Of a stretch of DNA of 64,000 nt, positions 1 to 12,065 are shown piece by piece; the stretch's first letter is position 1, and each line of letters begins with the position of its first letter. The notes under the pieces are model-generated. The model was not told where the DNA came from and searched no databases. It saw only the letters and a list, made by a program, of their open reading frames with translations. Position numbers and translations under genes: made by a program. The DNA is from Podarcis gaigeae (lineage: Eukaryota). The stretch lies in NCBI GenBank assembly GCA_964106915.2, contig OZ066914.1; one strand, written 5' to 3'.

Positions 1-361
1 TCAGCTTCCAAACCAAATAACCGTTTCATCATTCCAAGCAACCTAGAATCCAAAGATAGACGATATTCCTCTGAGAATATATAAATACAATTTAATGGCT
101 GCTGTGTTATTAAAGAACAAAAACAAAAACAAGCCCCTCAAAGGATTTTAGATAATGTCAAAATAGCAACAGCTTCAGAACTAAAAAAAGTAAAAAAAAA
201 AGTTAACAAACAGGACAACTGCCAGTTCAGCCACTCAGACCATGGTGACAGTGTATATTATCCATTGTTTTTCTATGGCAAGGATAAGAACTTGAATAAA
301 CATGCAGCACTGCCAGCTCATGGAGGAAGCACACTGACAGGAAGAACACAGGACACTATCT

Positions 362-530
362 TACAGAAGATCAGACTATTTGCCCATCTAACCCAGTATT
401 GTCTACTCTGACTGGCAGCACCTTGCCAACGTTTCAGACAGGAGACTATCCTATCATCTCCATGTCTCTTTCTAACAAGAGAACCTGGGACCTTCAACAT
501 GCAAAGCATCCCCAACTGATAAGCACACAT
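362..530 (-). mobile_element. Squam3-like tRNA-derived SINE, degraded
   Basis: Reverse complement of ...AAGGTCCCAGGTTC...GCTGCCAGTCAGAGTAGACAATACTGGGTTAGATGG...; same family as 2455-2622. Confidence 0.65.
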
Positions 531-1349
531 GATTGAAGCGGAATGGTGTAGCCCATCAGGGCAAGGCCAAAACAAACTTACGGCTGTGATAAAGGATAGA
601 ATGGCACTACCATCGTTCCACAATGGACTAGAAGTTGAATCTTCCAGGTTAACTATGGGGTGCAGGATGGGCCATGTGGCACACACATCTCTATCTTCCA
701 ACAGTCAAGGTGCTCCTGCATATATCCAGGGAGCCTCCAAGCACCTATGGCCTGAAACAATGGCCTCACTTTGTCTAAAGGTAGGACCAGCCTCACAGTC
801 AATACACACATAACTTCCACACAAAGGAGCAGAACAAAGTATTGCCACTACTCTATGTTATTTTGCCCTCTTTTCCTGATAATGTGTGCTAGAACATGTG
901 CAATGTGACACACATAGTGTATAGTGCATTTCCCTACACTTGACAGCAAATGACTTTAAGGAGGTGCAAGGAGGGGAGAGTAGCACAACGAGGTCACACC
1001 TGGCATGGTTTCAACATTATACAATGCCAAACTACCGTTTAGCATGAAGGAGCCAAGTGTGCTGGTGTACGTTTTGAAAATCGTGGCCACTTTGGTCCTC
1101 TTACAGTCCTCCTGCTGCTGCACTACCAAGAACATTGCTTCTGAAGTCAGGCTCATGCTTGGTCTCACTCCAAACAAACCACAAGCTGTAACCAAGATTT
1201 GTTTGTGGCTCGCCACTCATGCTTTGTTTGGAGCTAGACATACATGATCCCAGATTTGGATGTAATGCTAAACCAAGTCATGGTTTGGCTTGGCTCCTAG
1301 TAGTGAGGCAGCGATCAGTGGCCACAGTCTTCACCCTGTGTACCAAGAA

Positions 1350-1787
1350 ACTTGCTTTGCCTAGGGCAGGGCCTGATGGGCCGTATAAGAACTGCTGCTT
1401 CTACTGATGCTGCTACCCAGGAGGACTCCCCTGCTGAGCGCCTGTGGGCCCCAGTCCTGCCACTCACCACCTGGTCTAGGGAGGGGCCTGACAGGCCTAT
1501 AAGAACTGCTGCCGCTGGGCAGAGAGGGCTCTGTTTTTTGTGCGTGTGTTCTTTAAATTGCTGTTATTTTTTACCTATGCCATTTTAAACTGTGATATTA
1601 ATGCTGTATTCTTAGTTTTTGATTTTAATTTATGTGAACATTGTTTTCCAGTTGGTTGTGTATTTTTATGTGGTTTATTTATTGTTTATGACTTTTGTAA
1701 TTATATAAATCGTGTCATGTTGTAAGCCGCCTTGAGCATTGTTTTTAACTGTGGAAAGGCAGCATACAAATAAAATGATGATGATGC
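1350..1787 (+). mobile_element. Retroposed element with an L2-type 3' tail ending in AAATAAA(ATG)n
   Basis: T-rich 3' region followed by GTAAGCCGCCTTGAG...GAAAGGCAGCATACAAATAAAATGATGATG; internal ~38-bp imperfect direct repeat. Confidence 0.5.
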
Positions 1788-2454
1788 TGTTCACAGTTTG
1801 CCATGGTTTGCCTTATGGTGACATGAAAACTGAGCCATTGTGTTATACTACAAGTGAATACAGAAGGCAAATAGGGAAGGCAACTCTATGTCTAAAATGT
1901 TTAGCTCAATCCTGAAGAGTATTGATCTTGAGACACTAAAATTAAGTATGCTTCCATGCAATAAAGGAATCAACATATTTAATTAATGCAAAACTTGTGA
2001 TACCTTCTGCGAATTTATTTATTCATCAACACAACTATGAGAACAACAGTACTGTGACATCTTGCCAAAAACACAGTTAAGAGTAACTATAAAACAAATA
2101 TCAGGTGCAGTAATGTAAAAATGTTCATTCTAGAAGCAACACATGACTTGTCACAATGCTGCTCACAGCATAGGCATCTGAAATTACATGTCCCCAAAAT
2201 GGCATTACCCAGTTTCCAATAAAATATAATAATTATAATAATAATAATAATGACAATGACAATAATAGTATTGTATCAGCCCTTCCGTTCCCAAATATAT
2301 GCCAAGGAGTTAATGGATGAAAAGAGACAGACAGACAGACCATAAGAAACATAATAAAGGTGCGTTTCAGTAACTGATACAGTTGGATTCAAACAAGTGT
2401 ATTGTATAGGAGGACACTATAGGAGAGTTTCCATAAACTCATCTTTATGGAGAA

Positions 2455-2622
2455 GGCCTGCAGGTGATGTTTTGCATGTAGAAGGTCCCAGGTTCAATAC
2501 CTAGCATCTCCAGGTGGGACTAGGAAAGTCCACTGTCCAAAATCCTGGAGAACTGCTACTAGTCAGTGTAGACAATACTGAGCTAAATGGACGTGTGGCC
2601 TAACTTTGTATAAAACTGCTTC
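2455..2622 (+). mobile_element. Squam3-like SINE
   Basis: TTTGCATGTAGAAGGTCCCAGGTTCAATACCTAGCATCTCCAGG...GTCAGTGTAGACAATACTGAGCTAAATGGAC (B-box-like head and family body). Confidence 0.7.
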
Positions 2623-3960
2623 TTGCACATCATAAACCAATTCATGTATCAATTGTCGTAAGTATGCTAAATAGGGTGAGAGTATCTAATGACATCTGAA
2701 TAGCAGGTCTAAGCAACGTAATTAAGAAGGGATAGAAACAGGCCATGTTCATGGACTAGGTTAGATGGTACTGGCATAAATAGAATGATGTGTGCTCACT
2801 GGTAGAAATGATGGGATTTATTTCAAGGACAATATTTCATTTGTGATGAAACAACTATCTTCAAAACCACAGCTTTCCAATTCCCACAAAAAGCCATAGT
2901 TTGATTGGTTCCTTAATCATATATGATTAAATGATAGCTACACTACAGTTCTCACTGTGATTTATGCTTAATTGCACTTGTTGGAAGAACTAACCGTGCA
3001 ATTTAAGCTCTCCATCACTAACCAGCACGCTCTGAATAAAATGCATCTATGATTAAACAATTGTTGTTCCTCTTTTTCATTTAGACTGACTTTCTATAAT
3101 GCAACATGTAAAGTAGTTCCAAATCCATGTAGCGAAGTATCACTAAAATATTAAGTAGTTCTGTCACTTATGAAAGTAGCCTGTCAGGAAGCTTAAGCAT
3201 GCAGGCTTGCAATACAACATCATGTAAACTTACAGTTGTGCCTTTAGCACTCTAACCAATAGAATCATGAATACACCAAGTGATGTTTACAATGCATGAG
3301 GATCATCACACACAGTATTGCTTGCTGCTTAGCTTAGATGCAGTAGCTGTTGGGAAGTAGAGTTTGGTACAACAGTAAAAAGGCACAACTTTTTGTCATT
3401 TTATACTAAAATACTCAAAGTCACAGTACATAGACAAAACTCGCTGTTTAGCAAAAAAATTTAAAAATGTTTAAAGATGTAGCTAGACAGTTTATAGCCC
3501 CCATCAAACACAAAACACATATGGTGTAATTAATGCCTCACCAGATCATGTAGGATATTTAATTGCACTGATCATAACCCTTCCAGCACTTGGGGGAAAG
3601 TAGCCTTTTTTTTTTAAAGGTGAACAGGGGCAGGAAAAGAAAGGGTGGAAAGAAAGGGAAATTAATATTTCCATTATCTGGAGTGAGCTGGTTTCTTTAC
3701 AAATTGCTTCCGGAGAGCTTTAAAGAATCCTTCTGGGTCAGTAAGATAGGTCGGTTTCAGTGCTCAAGCACAGAAGTAAATTTACTTGAAAAGCTTCATT
3801 TATCTGAACCAACAGAGGCATAGATAATGAAGAGCAGAAATAAAGGTCTACTGCAACCACACCAACAGCTTAGATAAACCAGCCAGATCACAAGGAGGAA
3901 GCCGCTGGGATTAACCCCCCAAGATTAAAAAAATCTGAATCATGGAAATTATATACAAAT

Positions 3961-3988
<28 letters not shown>
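3961..3988. repeat. (AC)n microsatellite
   Basis: Directly visible. Confidence 0.95.
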
Positions 3989-3991
<3 letters not shown>

Positions 3992-5339
3992 AGCACAGAA
4001 AGCTTTGGTCTCTCTTCCCCACCCCCCTCTCTCTCTTTGGTCATCCTAAAAAATATCATATTTCTCTGCTATCAATCAGAATTAAGCTGCTTATGGATGC
4101 GTAGCAATTCGGTACATGCAGTTGCCAGTAGCAACAGAGCATACAATTGTAGGGCTCTCCTCCTCAGCAACAGCAGCAGCAAAAAGGAGGAGTGACCAAA
4201 GAGGGGCAGCAGCAGATGGGACAGCAGAGCAGGGACAGCAGAAGGAACAGGAAAATGAGAGGCAAGGGAAAGGGCAACGGATAGCAGCAGGAAGAAATGG
4301 AAACAGTAACAAAAAGCAGAAAGAACAGAAGTGCTGGGCCAGAAGGAGCAAAGATTCCACGGCAGTAATTTTAAAAAGGACAAGAAAGGGGAAGAGTTAC
4401 AGGAGCTTCAGAAAACTGGTGGAGTAGTGACAGCAGCAGGAGGAACTCCAAATGACAGAATCAACAGCAGGAAGTTGACAGAAGCAAGTGTCTCCTATTT
4501 GTAGACTTAACTACTCCGTCCATTCGGAAATCAACAGGGCCACTGTGCTTAATCCCGATTCGCCAAAGTGCAATGCAGCAGCTGTCTGGCTGCCATTCCC
4601 CTTGCCCCACATGTTGCCCCCTCACCACATGTTTAACAGCAATGCTAGTCCTGTACAGGCTGTTGAGAACTTGGCAGCCGGCTAGCACTGCTGCTCAGAC
4701 CTAGTGTCTGTGCATTAATCTGCACAGTAGCATGTGTGCCGAGGGTGACACCGGTTTGCATAGCGGTTAAAGAACAAACGACCTGACAAATGAGTTCCTA
4801 CTGATAATCAGGAGGAGAAAATAAGACACACTCGTAGACATATATATGCACGTGTTTACACCTACAAACGACATCTCCCCAATGCTCCATTGTCGGGAAG
4901 AAGGACATTCCATCCAAATCACCTTGCGAAGTGGAGCAGCTGCCGCCCACGCTGGCGTCGACGCACGCAGCACGCTTCGCCCCCATGCACTTGCCCAGCG
5001 CCCGCGCGCAAGCCGGCCTCTTCGCGTGCATGCATGCACTGCACGCGTGAACCGCTGCAAAACAGCATGCATGCCCGTGTCAGCTGCTCTCCCATCTTGC
5101 TTCCCGCACGAGTTCCCCCCCCCCCACGACCTCTCTCCCGTACTTCGCCCTTAACCCAGGAGTGAAGGGGAGGAGACGCCGGCCCGGGAGGGGGGGGACA
5201 CACGCCAGAGGGCGGGGTCCAGTCCAGTACTGGAGCGGGAAGCCGGCAGGCGAGCAGGTGAGGAAGCCGGGGAGGGGGGGGGGTTGCGAAAGAGAGGTGA
5301 GGCCCGAGGAGGGCCCCGCCGTCGGCGTCCGCCTCTTAC

Positions 5340-5900
5340 CTGCTCTCCGGAGCGGCATTCTGCAGCAGGCGCGCACCAGGGGCGGGGCCTCTATAATCCT
5401 CGCGGGCCTCCGGGAGCCTTGCAGGAGCCCGTCGCTGGCGGCGTCGGCGGGCCCCGAGTTCCTAAAGTTCCCATGGCCGCGGCGGCGGCGCAGCGAGGGG
5501 CCCCCGGAGCATCAGCCGCCTTCGCCGCCTCTTCGCGCTGCTTTAGCCGCCGCCGCTTCTTCCGCTTTGTTGTGCTGCTGCTGCCGGGCTGGCTCTAGTT
5601 GGCGCTCCTTGTCGGGCTGCGGCAGGGCCGCCGCCACCGCCGCCTCGCATGTGCTTGGGGAGGGCCGGCCAGGCGGCGGGGTGGGAAGGTGGCACACTTG
5701 CCGCGGGGAGGGGAGCCACTCAGGCGCGGCGGCGGCGGCGGCTCCTCGAGGGGACGCGCGGAGGGGGCTCTGGCGGCCACCGCCGTGTGCAAGAACTGCT
5801 GGTTCCGCGACCGGGGCCTATCGACTCCCCGCGCCGCCCTGAAGGAACTGCTTAGGATCGGGGCTGTCAAATCCAGCCCATCTGCTGCAATCATAATCAG
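5340..5900 (-). other. Putative first exon (mostly 5' UTR) of a minus-strand gene; 5' boundary approximate
   Basis: Consensus donor CAG|GTAAGA on the minus strand (last exon base 5340). GGC-rich UTR-like sequence. Sequence to the left appears A-rich on plus (T-rich on minus), as expected for an intron. An ATG at 5358 would give MPLRRA plus 1 nt before the donor. Gene not recognised. Confidence 0.6.
5391..5474 (-). other. Upstream ORF, 27 aa (MGTLGTRGPPTPPATGSCKAPGGPRGL*), in strong Kozak context
   Basis: GGCCATGG at 5474; TAG at 5393-5391, inside the putative first exon. Confidence 0.45.
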
Positions 5901-6801
5901 TCTCAACTGAATGGCTCTGACAAATCTGTGCCTGCAGCAGGGGTTAGGGAAGTCAGGGGGAGGGAGGCAGGCAGGCAGGGGGGTGAGGGGAGGGAGGGCG
6001 TGAGGGGAGCTCTCGGCGAAATACTGCTATTGTGTGCTGGGAACTAGGGTGCCTGCGAAGTAAGAGCCAAGCGGGGAAAGAGAGGCGCTGGGCTGGGAGA
6101 AGGAGGGGGCAGAAGCCTCCCCACCCCCCAAAACACCCACTTTGCAACAACGACAAAAAAGACACACGCAAGAGCTCCCTCTGTTCCCAGCTCCGTTTGT
6201 CGACCCCTCCCCCAATAAACCCCTCCTGCTAATTAACTAAATCAACAATTACTGCACCTTAATCTGATTAGCAGTTTTGCTCTGGAGGAACAAGCTGGTG
6301 CGAAAGATGCCAGCCTTAATTATTTTTTCCTCAAGAAGTGAGGAGGAAGTGGGAGCCCCCCCCATGCATTGTTTGAAATTGACAGGGTTGTGTACTTTTT
6401 AATGCTGCAAACTTGCCTAACGTCAAGTAACAGCAAGTGTACGAAAGGACATTTGGGTTGCAGGAGTGGGGGGCAATGCTGCTAATGGGAAGAGTTTGTA
6501 AATATTAAGGAAGTTGAAGGGAGTTTGGCTTTGGGGAAAACAATGAGTGGCGCACTTTCTGGTTAACACTTTCTGGTTAAGGCACCTCAAACTTTCAGGG
6601 GAAGAGTGCCTGTGGAATTTCCAAAGCTATATAGTGAGTGCAGTGACTCCTTTGGGCTCTGGAAACCTTCAGGAAAGTAAGATCAGGGCAGCTTCAGGAT
6701 TGCTTTTCTACCATCTATTGATGTATATATAATGTACCCACAATTAAATATCCTGCACACTAGTGATGCAGCTGATGTTCAGAGTTGAGAAGTTTAGAAT
6801 A

Positions 6802-7013
6802 CAGTGGTACCTCCGGTTGAGAACTTAATTTGTTCTGGAGGTCCGTTCTTAACCTGAAACTGTTCTTAACCTGAAGCACCACTTTAGCTAATGGGGCCTC
6901 CCGCCGCCACACGATTTCTGTTCTCATCCTAAAGCAAAGTTCTTAACCCGAGGTACTATTTCTGGGTTAGCGGAGTCTGTAACCTGAAGCATCTGTAACC
7001 CAAGGTACCACTG
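6802..7013. mobile_element. Tc1/mariner-type MITE, copy 1
   Basis: TIR CAGTGGTACCT...AGGTACCACTG flanked by TA on both sides; high similarity to three other copies in the window. Confidence 0.9.
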
Positions 7014-8729
7014 TACTTAGTAAGGAATCCTGACACCCACTTTGGTGACCATGCTTAGCAGTACTTTAGGCCGAAGACTCCTGGGAAACTGCATTTCCCA
7101 GGGGTTCTGATACCTTAATAAGGACCCAGATTTGTGGGGGTTTTTGTGGGGGTGCTTTAAATCTATGGTGTGTATGCAGCCTGTGTGTCCTAGTCTCACC
7201 AACCAACCCGCTCTAAGGGGTTCTACAAATTGTAGAGCTTAAAAACTGAGCAGATGGAGTTGGTTGGAGGAAGATATAAAATATACATGGAGACTTCTTG
7301 TTTTCTAGGCTGTTCTGTTGCCTGGATGGCATAGTAAGGCAATGAAAACATGACTCTTTTAGAGAGTGGGGCCCCTCTACATGTGGATGCTGTGTTCGAA
7401 TGGGGAATGCTCATCTCCACAGTATTTTATAAAAGTATGTGCAGATCTTATTTCTAAGCAGACACACAAAAAAGTCACTACTAGTAGGGGAAGAACTTCT
7501 GCCTAGTAACTACATCTTATTATAATGTGGTGATAAGTTCAAAAATCCTTAGAACGTTTTTTTTTTGGGGGGGGGGCTTGATTCTTGTGTATATACATTT
7601 ATTGTGCTATGTCTGCAAAAAAATAAAAGTTACTTCCAGGAAGATTCCCAGGTCTACTTATTTAGATTAAATGTCAAATGAAGGAACTTGGCTGCATTTT
7701 GGTAAAAGACTCTGTATTCTTGTCAATTAGGAGAATGTCTCTTGCTGGAGAAATAAAAGATGCACATAAGACTAGTGAGCTAGAAGTGGCAAAGGAATGT
7801 AAGATAAGGAAGCTAATCCAAATAAACGGCAAAAACATAGTTTCTAAGCTATAAGGAAGGAAGTAGAGTAAGCCAGGCCCCAGTTCGATAAAGGACTTAA
7901 GCATGCATCTAAATTTAAATACATAAACACCTCCTCTCCCAGAAGAGCAGATTTAGAATAGAGACAATAAAGTCATATATATGCACAAATATATGCACAA
8001 CTGGGTTGTGGCTACAGAGCACAGTTTCCCTTGTCCTCAGTTAATAAACATCAAAGTTCGTAATTGGATTCACAGTACATTAAGCCTCTGACATAATAAA
8101 AAATAATAATGCCATTGCAACAAACTGTTATCATACTATCAATAGTCCCTGCTTCGAAAGTTACCTTGCTAATTACAAGCCAGTTAGCTCAGCATTGATT
8201 TTGGGTACAGTAATGGAAACACTGATGTGGGGCTCAATTAATGCAGCTTAATGAGAGAAAAGTAAGATTGCATTTAGTCAGCATGGATTTTATGAAAGCA
8301 GATTTTGTCCGCTGCATCCTACCAATGACAGTTGTTTGGTGGACAAAGTAAATTCATGGTACTCTGATAACATTTGTAAATAGGATCTGCTTGGCTCCAT
8401 CTTAGCTAGCATGATGTTCCTGTAGGAACAGCAGAGTTGGTCCAGAGAAAAAGCAAATACTTCTGCCCACACATGGTTCCTTATTACAAATGTTCATAGA
8501 AAAGTGTGGGATCCAACTACAGCCCTCAATTAAAACAATTTCTACTCTTTTCAGTAGATAACATCTAACAAAGTAAAAATAACAGCATGTTATCTCAAAA
8601 GCCTGGTAATATTGTACACTATTTTCACATCATGTAACTTCACAACAGGAAATCATGCTATAACTGGACTGTCTCCTCAACTTTCTTTCATGTTAGGAAA
8701 AAAAATGTGTAGGGGATTGATCCTGTAAG

Positions 8730-9000
8730 TTTACAGAGATGTAGTGGTGATGGCTTTTAGAAGCCAGATAAAAAAGAAAAAGCTATATTCATGCAGGTAC
8801 TGAGGCCTGGCCATTGCCCAATGTAATGGACAAAATTGTAGGTGAAGTTGGTCAGCCAAAAATTGCTAATTGTTGTTTGGGAGGATACTGTTGCACTTGT
8901 GTTCTGCTTGTGGACTCCCATGAGCATCTAGTTGATCCCTGTGAAAACAGGATGCTGTGCAAGATGGGCCTTTGGTCTGATCCAGAGGGGTCCTTATTAA
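8730..9000 (+). mobile_element. CR1 LINE 3' end, degraded
   Basis: GCATCTAGTTGATCCCTGTGAAAACAGGATGCTG...GATGGGCCTTTGGTCTGATCCAG tail; a similar tail occurs at about 45330-45400. Confidence 0.6.
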
Positions 9001-10314
9001 TGAGAAAAACCATTACACTTTTTCAAATACAGGAAGGAAGAGAACTCTTGCTAGCACCTTGCTCTTTAATCTAAGGTCCATCATAATATGAACCACAAAT
9101 TCTTAGACATGGCTTCTGTGGAAGAAAAATGCTTGTAAAAATAGAGAATGGTCCACTGAGCTCTCCCAATAGGTGGGCAAATTCAGAGTCCAAAGTGTTG
9201 TCTGTACTGCAGTAGTTCATGAGAGTCACATCCTGACCTGTTAAAAACTAGAGTAGGGCAGAGATAAGTTTAGTTCCAGTGGAAGGGAACCTAAGTTCAG
9301 CACCTCCAAGACATCACATGTAGAAAGACTGTCTTAAAACATGGCTTCATCAAATGAGATTTCAACCATAACTAATAAATTCCTAGAAACTCATCTTAAA
9401 TTTTTAATGCTCTTTTGTACACAAGGGCAGAACACACACACACACACGGAGAGAGAGGCTATATAACACATAAAAGAGCATGAAGTACTAATTGATCTTT
9501 ATAGTACTTGCCTTATGTAGTAAATATTTGCATAGTCTTATGTAATACTTGTGTATTTGGGTGGTTGGATTGTGTATGTGTGTACACATGTGGAAATAGC
9601 AATCTTGTTAGTGTAAGTTTCATTCGTTTTTTAAAAACAACAAAATTACTCATCCCCACCTATTCCTTGTATCCCTACCCCCTTAACACTCTTCTTCACT
9701 CCTGTCAGATTTCACTAACTTTTTCCCAACCATCGCAATTTTTATTTAGAGAAAAGAACAAAGGAAGCCCCTGCATAAAGTTTTGTTTTATTTATTTTTG
9801 AAAAACCAGTATAGAACTGTGCAAAGTTTTGTTGCCCAGTGCACTAGGACCTAAAAAAGTGAGATGAGAAAGCTGTCCTACAGTGGCAAGAGGATTCCAC
9901 ACGTGTGTCACAGATGATTTTCTTCCTCAGTGCCAGATCTTGGAGAAGGAATGTCCCTTTCTCCAGCCAAAGAACACTTTGGGATTTTTAGAACTGAGCA
10001 AAGATAGACACACACTGCATTCCTAAACACATTTACTTGGAATCAAATTCCATTTAAATGTAAGTAAATGCATACAGAAGTGTTCTGTCAGCTGGAAACA
10101 AAGCCAAGCAGTGATTTCATATGTATTTTTTTGATTAGAAAACCCCACTGATATCCACCTGGGGAATGTCTCTGAAATCTCTGCTCAAAAAACAGCTTTT
10201 TCAGACTGAACACTGAGCATCGCTGAGATTTAGGTCAGGGATAGAGAACCAACATTGACTGCTAGAGAGTCCTACTTAGAATGTTGCTTTGATTTTCAGG
10301 GTGTGCATTTAGCC

Positions 10315-10528
10315 CAGGGGTCAGCAAGGTTTACCTTGCCTGGGCCGGTTCACTCCAGCGCGCCCGCAATTTCCGGCACCACAGAAGCGAGTCCCCGTGC
10401 TGCACTGGTTTAGCACAGCACTCAGGGACTCAACAAGTGGGTGGCTCGGTTCAGGGGCGGCTTGGGGGCCAGTTAAATGACCCCTGTGGGCTGCTTGTGG
10501 CCCATGGGCCTGAGGTTGCCAACCCCTG
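10315..10528. mobile_element. hAT non-autonomous element (MITE)
   Basis: TIR CAGGGGTCAGCAA / TTGCCAACCCCTG; perfect 8-bp TSD ATTTAGCC (10307-10314, 10529-10536). Confidence 0.9.
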
Positions 10529-10815
10529 ATTTAGCCAAATGAACCAGCTGATAAGAAAACCGCAATATTGTATCATTTACTCTTGGAAATAATCCACCTA
10601 ACGATTTTTACTAGTTCTAAGAGCTAGAACACAAGTATATATAATGTTACAATATAAATAGCTAGTTGTAATTATCAAAGAGTCATGAAACAAAAACAGT
10701 TGTAAACTCCAATAAAACATTATGGAACATGTCTTTCATTTTGCTCTCTTTCTGAACTTAATTTGGGAAAGGGGGGTATTCTTATGTAAAAGTTGCTTCT
10801 GATGTTTCCATATTA

Positions 10816-11057
10816 CAGTGGTACCTCGGGTTACATACGCTTCAGGTTACAGATGCTTCATGTTACAGACTCCGCTAACCCAGAAATAGTACCTCGGGTT
10901 AAGAACTTTGCTTCAGGATGAGAACAGAAATCGTGCTCCGGCGGTGCGGCAGCAGCAGGAGGCCCCATTAGCTAAAGTGGTGCTTCAGGTTAAGAACAGT
11001 TTCAGGTTAAGAACGGACCTCTGGAACGAATTAAGTACTTAACCCGAGGCACCACTG
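10816..11057. mobile_element. Tc1/mariner-type MITE, copy 2 (opposite orientation to copy 1)
   Basis: TA-CAGTGGTACCTCGGGTTA...TAACCCGAGGCACCACTG-TA. Confidence 0.9.
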
Positions 11058-12065
11058 TACAACTGACACATTTGTATCACAGTATATTTAACCATGTATG
11101 GAGTCCCAAATGTTAGTGCAAATTCAAGTTCAAGCAAAAATCTTTATCCAAAGAATGGCCTGCAATCTTTTAATGTAATGTTGCCTATCACGGATATTTG
11201 CATTTTTTGCAATTGCAATCTTCTAAATAAAAATGTTTTCCACTTAATCAACAGTGACTATTTTCACTGCCTTTAAAACACACAGTTGATGACTATATAA
11301 ATAAGGTTCTAGAGAAAGGGTGCATTTTGAGGCATGCTGAAGACACATACTAGAAATCTGATAGAAGATGCCCAGCAACATCTGTTCTTGAGTGTTTGGC
11401 AAAGTACCATGATTTAAGCTGAAAACACAAGTACCACATCAAATGCTGAACCAAATTGCCCTGAAGGTTGTATCTATGCCAGTATTGTCACTCTCTAAGC
11501 CTAGAATTTTAGATAAACCAAGACATGTCTTTTGGTCAGGATTGGGTTCCTATAGCTCAGGAATAAGAGAATAGGAATCAGGATTTCTTAATGTTAAGGG
11601 AGTATGTAAGGAAGTATTCTAGACTTTACCTCTGTACAGTCTCCCATCTGAAGTGAGCTTTGAAGTGCAGGTTGAGCATCTGACAGCTAACTTTCGATAG
11701 ACAGTCTAGTCTACACCTTCAAACACTCTTTTGATAGAATACCACCAGCTACTGATAGCCAAGAAGCTCCTTAAATCATCACTCATCTTCATCACCTCTG
11801 CTATTTTCCTCCCAACTATAAAGAGTTTCTGTAGGATGCTATCCTTTGGGAGGCTCTCCTGCTGCATACATTTATATCCTTCCCACATCAGACAAAGACC
11901 TTCCCTGTCTCCCAAGCCCTTTAATTAGTTTTTAACATTTTAATGTTACTTATTTTTTAGTTCTTGTTCAATTCTTTGTGTGTATCTGGGTGGGGTTCTT
12001 AATCTGATATTACTGTGCTGAATTTGAAGTTTTGTTGTACTTCGGTTTGTTTTTATTTACTAGTA

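Larger units (their letters stand above)
4930..6210. promoter_or_regulatory. CpG island / promoter region of an unidentified gene (probably minus strand)
   Basis: Abrupt GC- and CpG-rich block in an AT-rich, CpG-depleted background; GC boxes (GGGCGGGG near 5209 and 5380); GGC/GCC runs typical of 5' UTRs; no TIR or TSD around it. Confidence 0.85.

Noticed and set aside
5391-5474. MGTLG start resembling the RASGRP1 N-terminus
   Set aside because: Only five residues match, the frame stops before the donor, and no other RASGRP1-like exon is visible.
5340-5697. Long minus-strand frame broken by a single TGA (GGC TGA TGC at 5514-5512), read as selenocysteine or readthrough
   Set aside because: The upstream part has no ATG start, there is no selenoprotein resemblance or readthrough context, and long frames are expected by chance here.
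4767-6232. Many overlapping ORFs, up to 226 aa
   Set aside because: Expected from stop-codon scarcity in GC-rich DNA; Arg/Gly/Ala/Pro-biased with no recognisable domain.
6553-6580. Tandem duplication of CACTTTCTGGTTAA
   Set aside because: Ordinary 14-bp slippage duplication with no further evidence of function.
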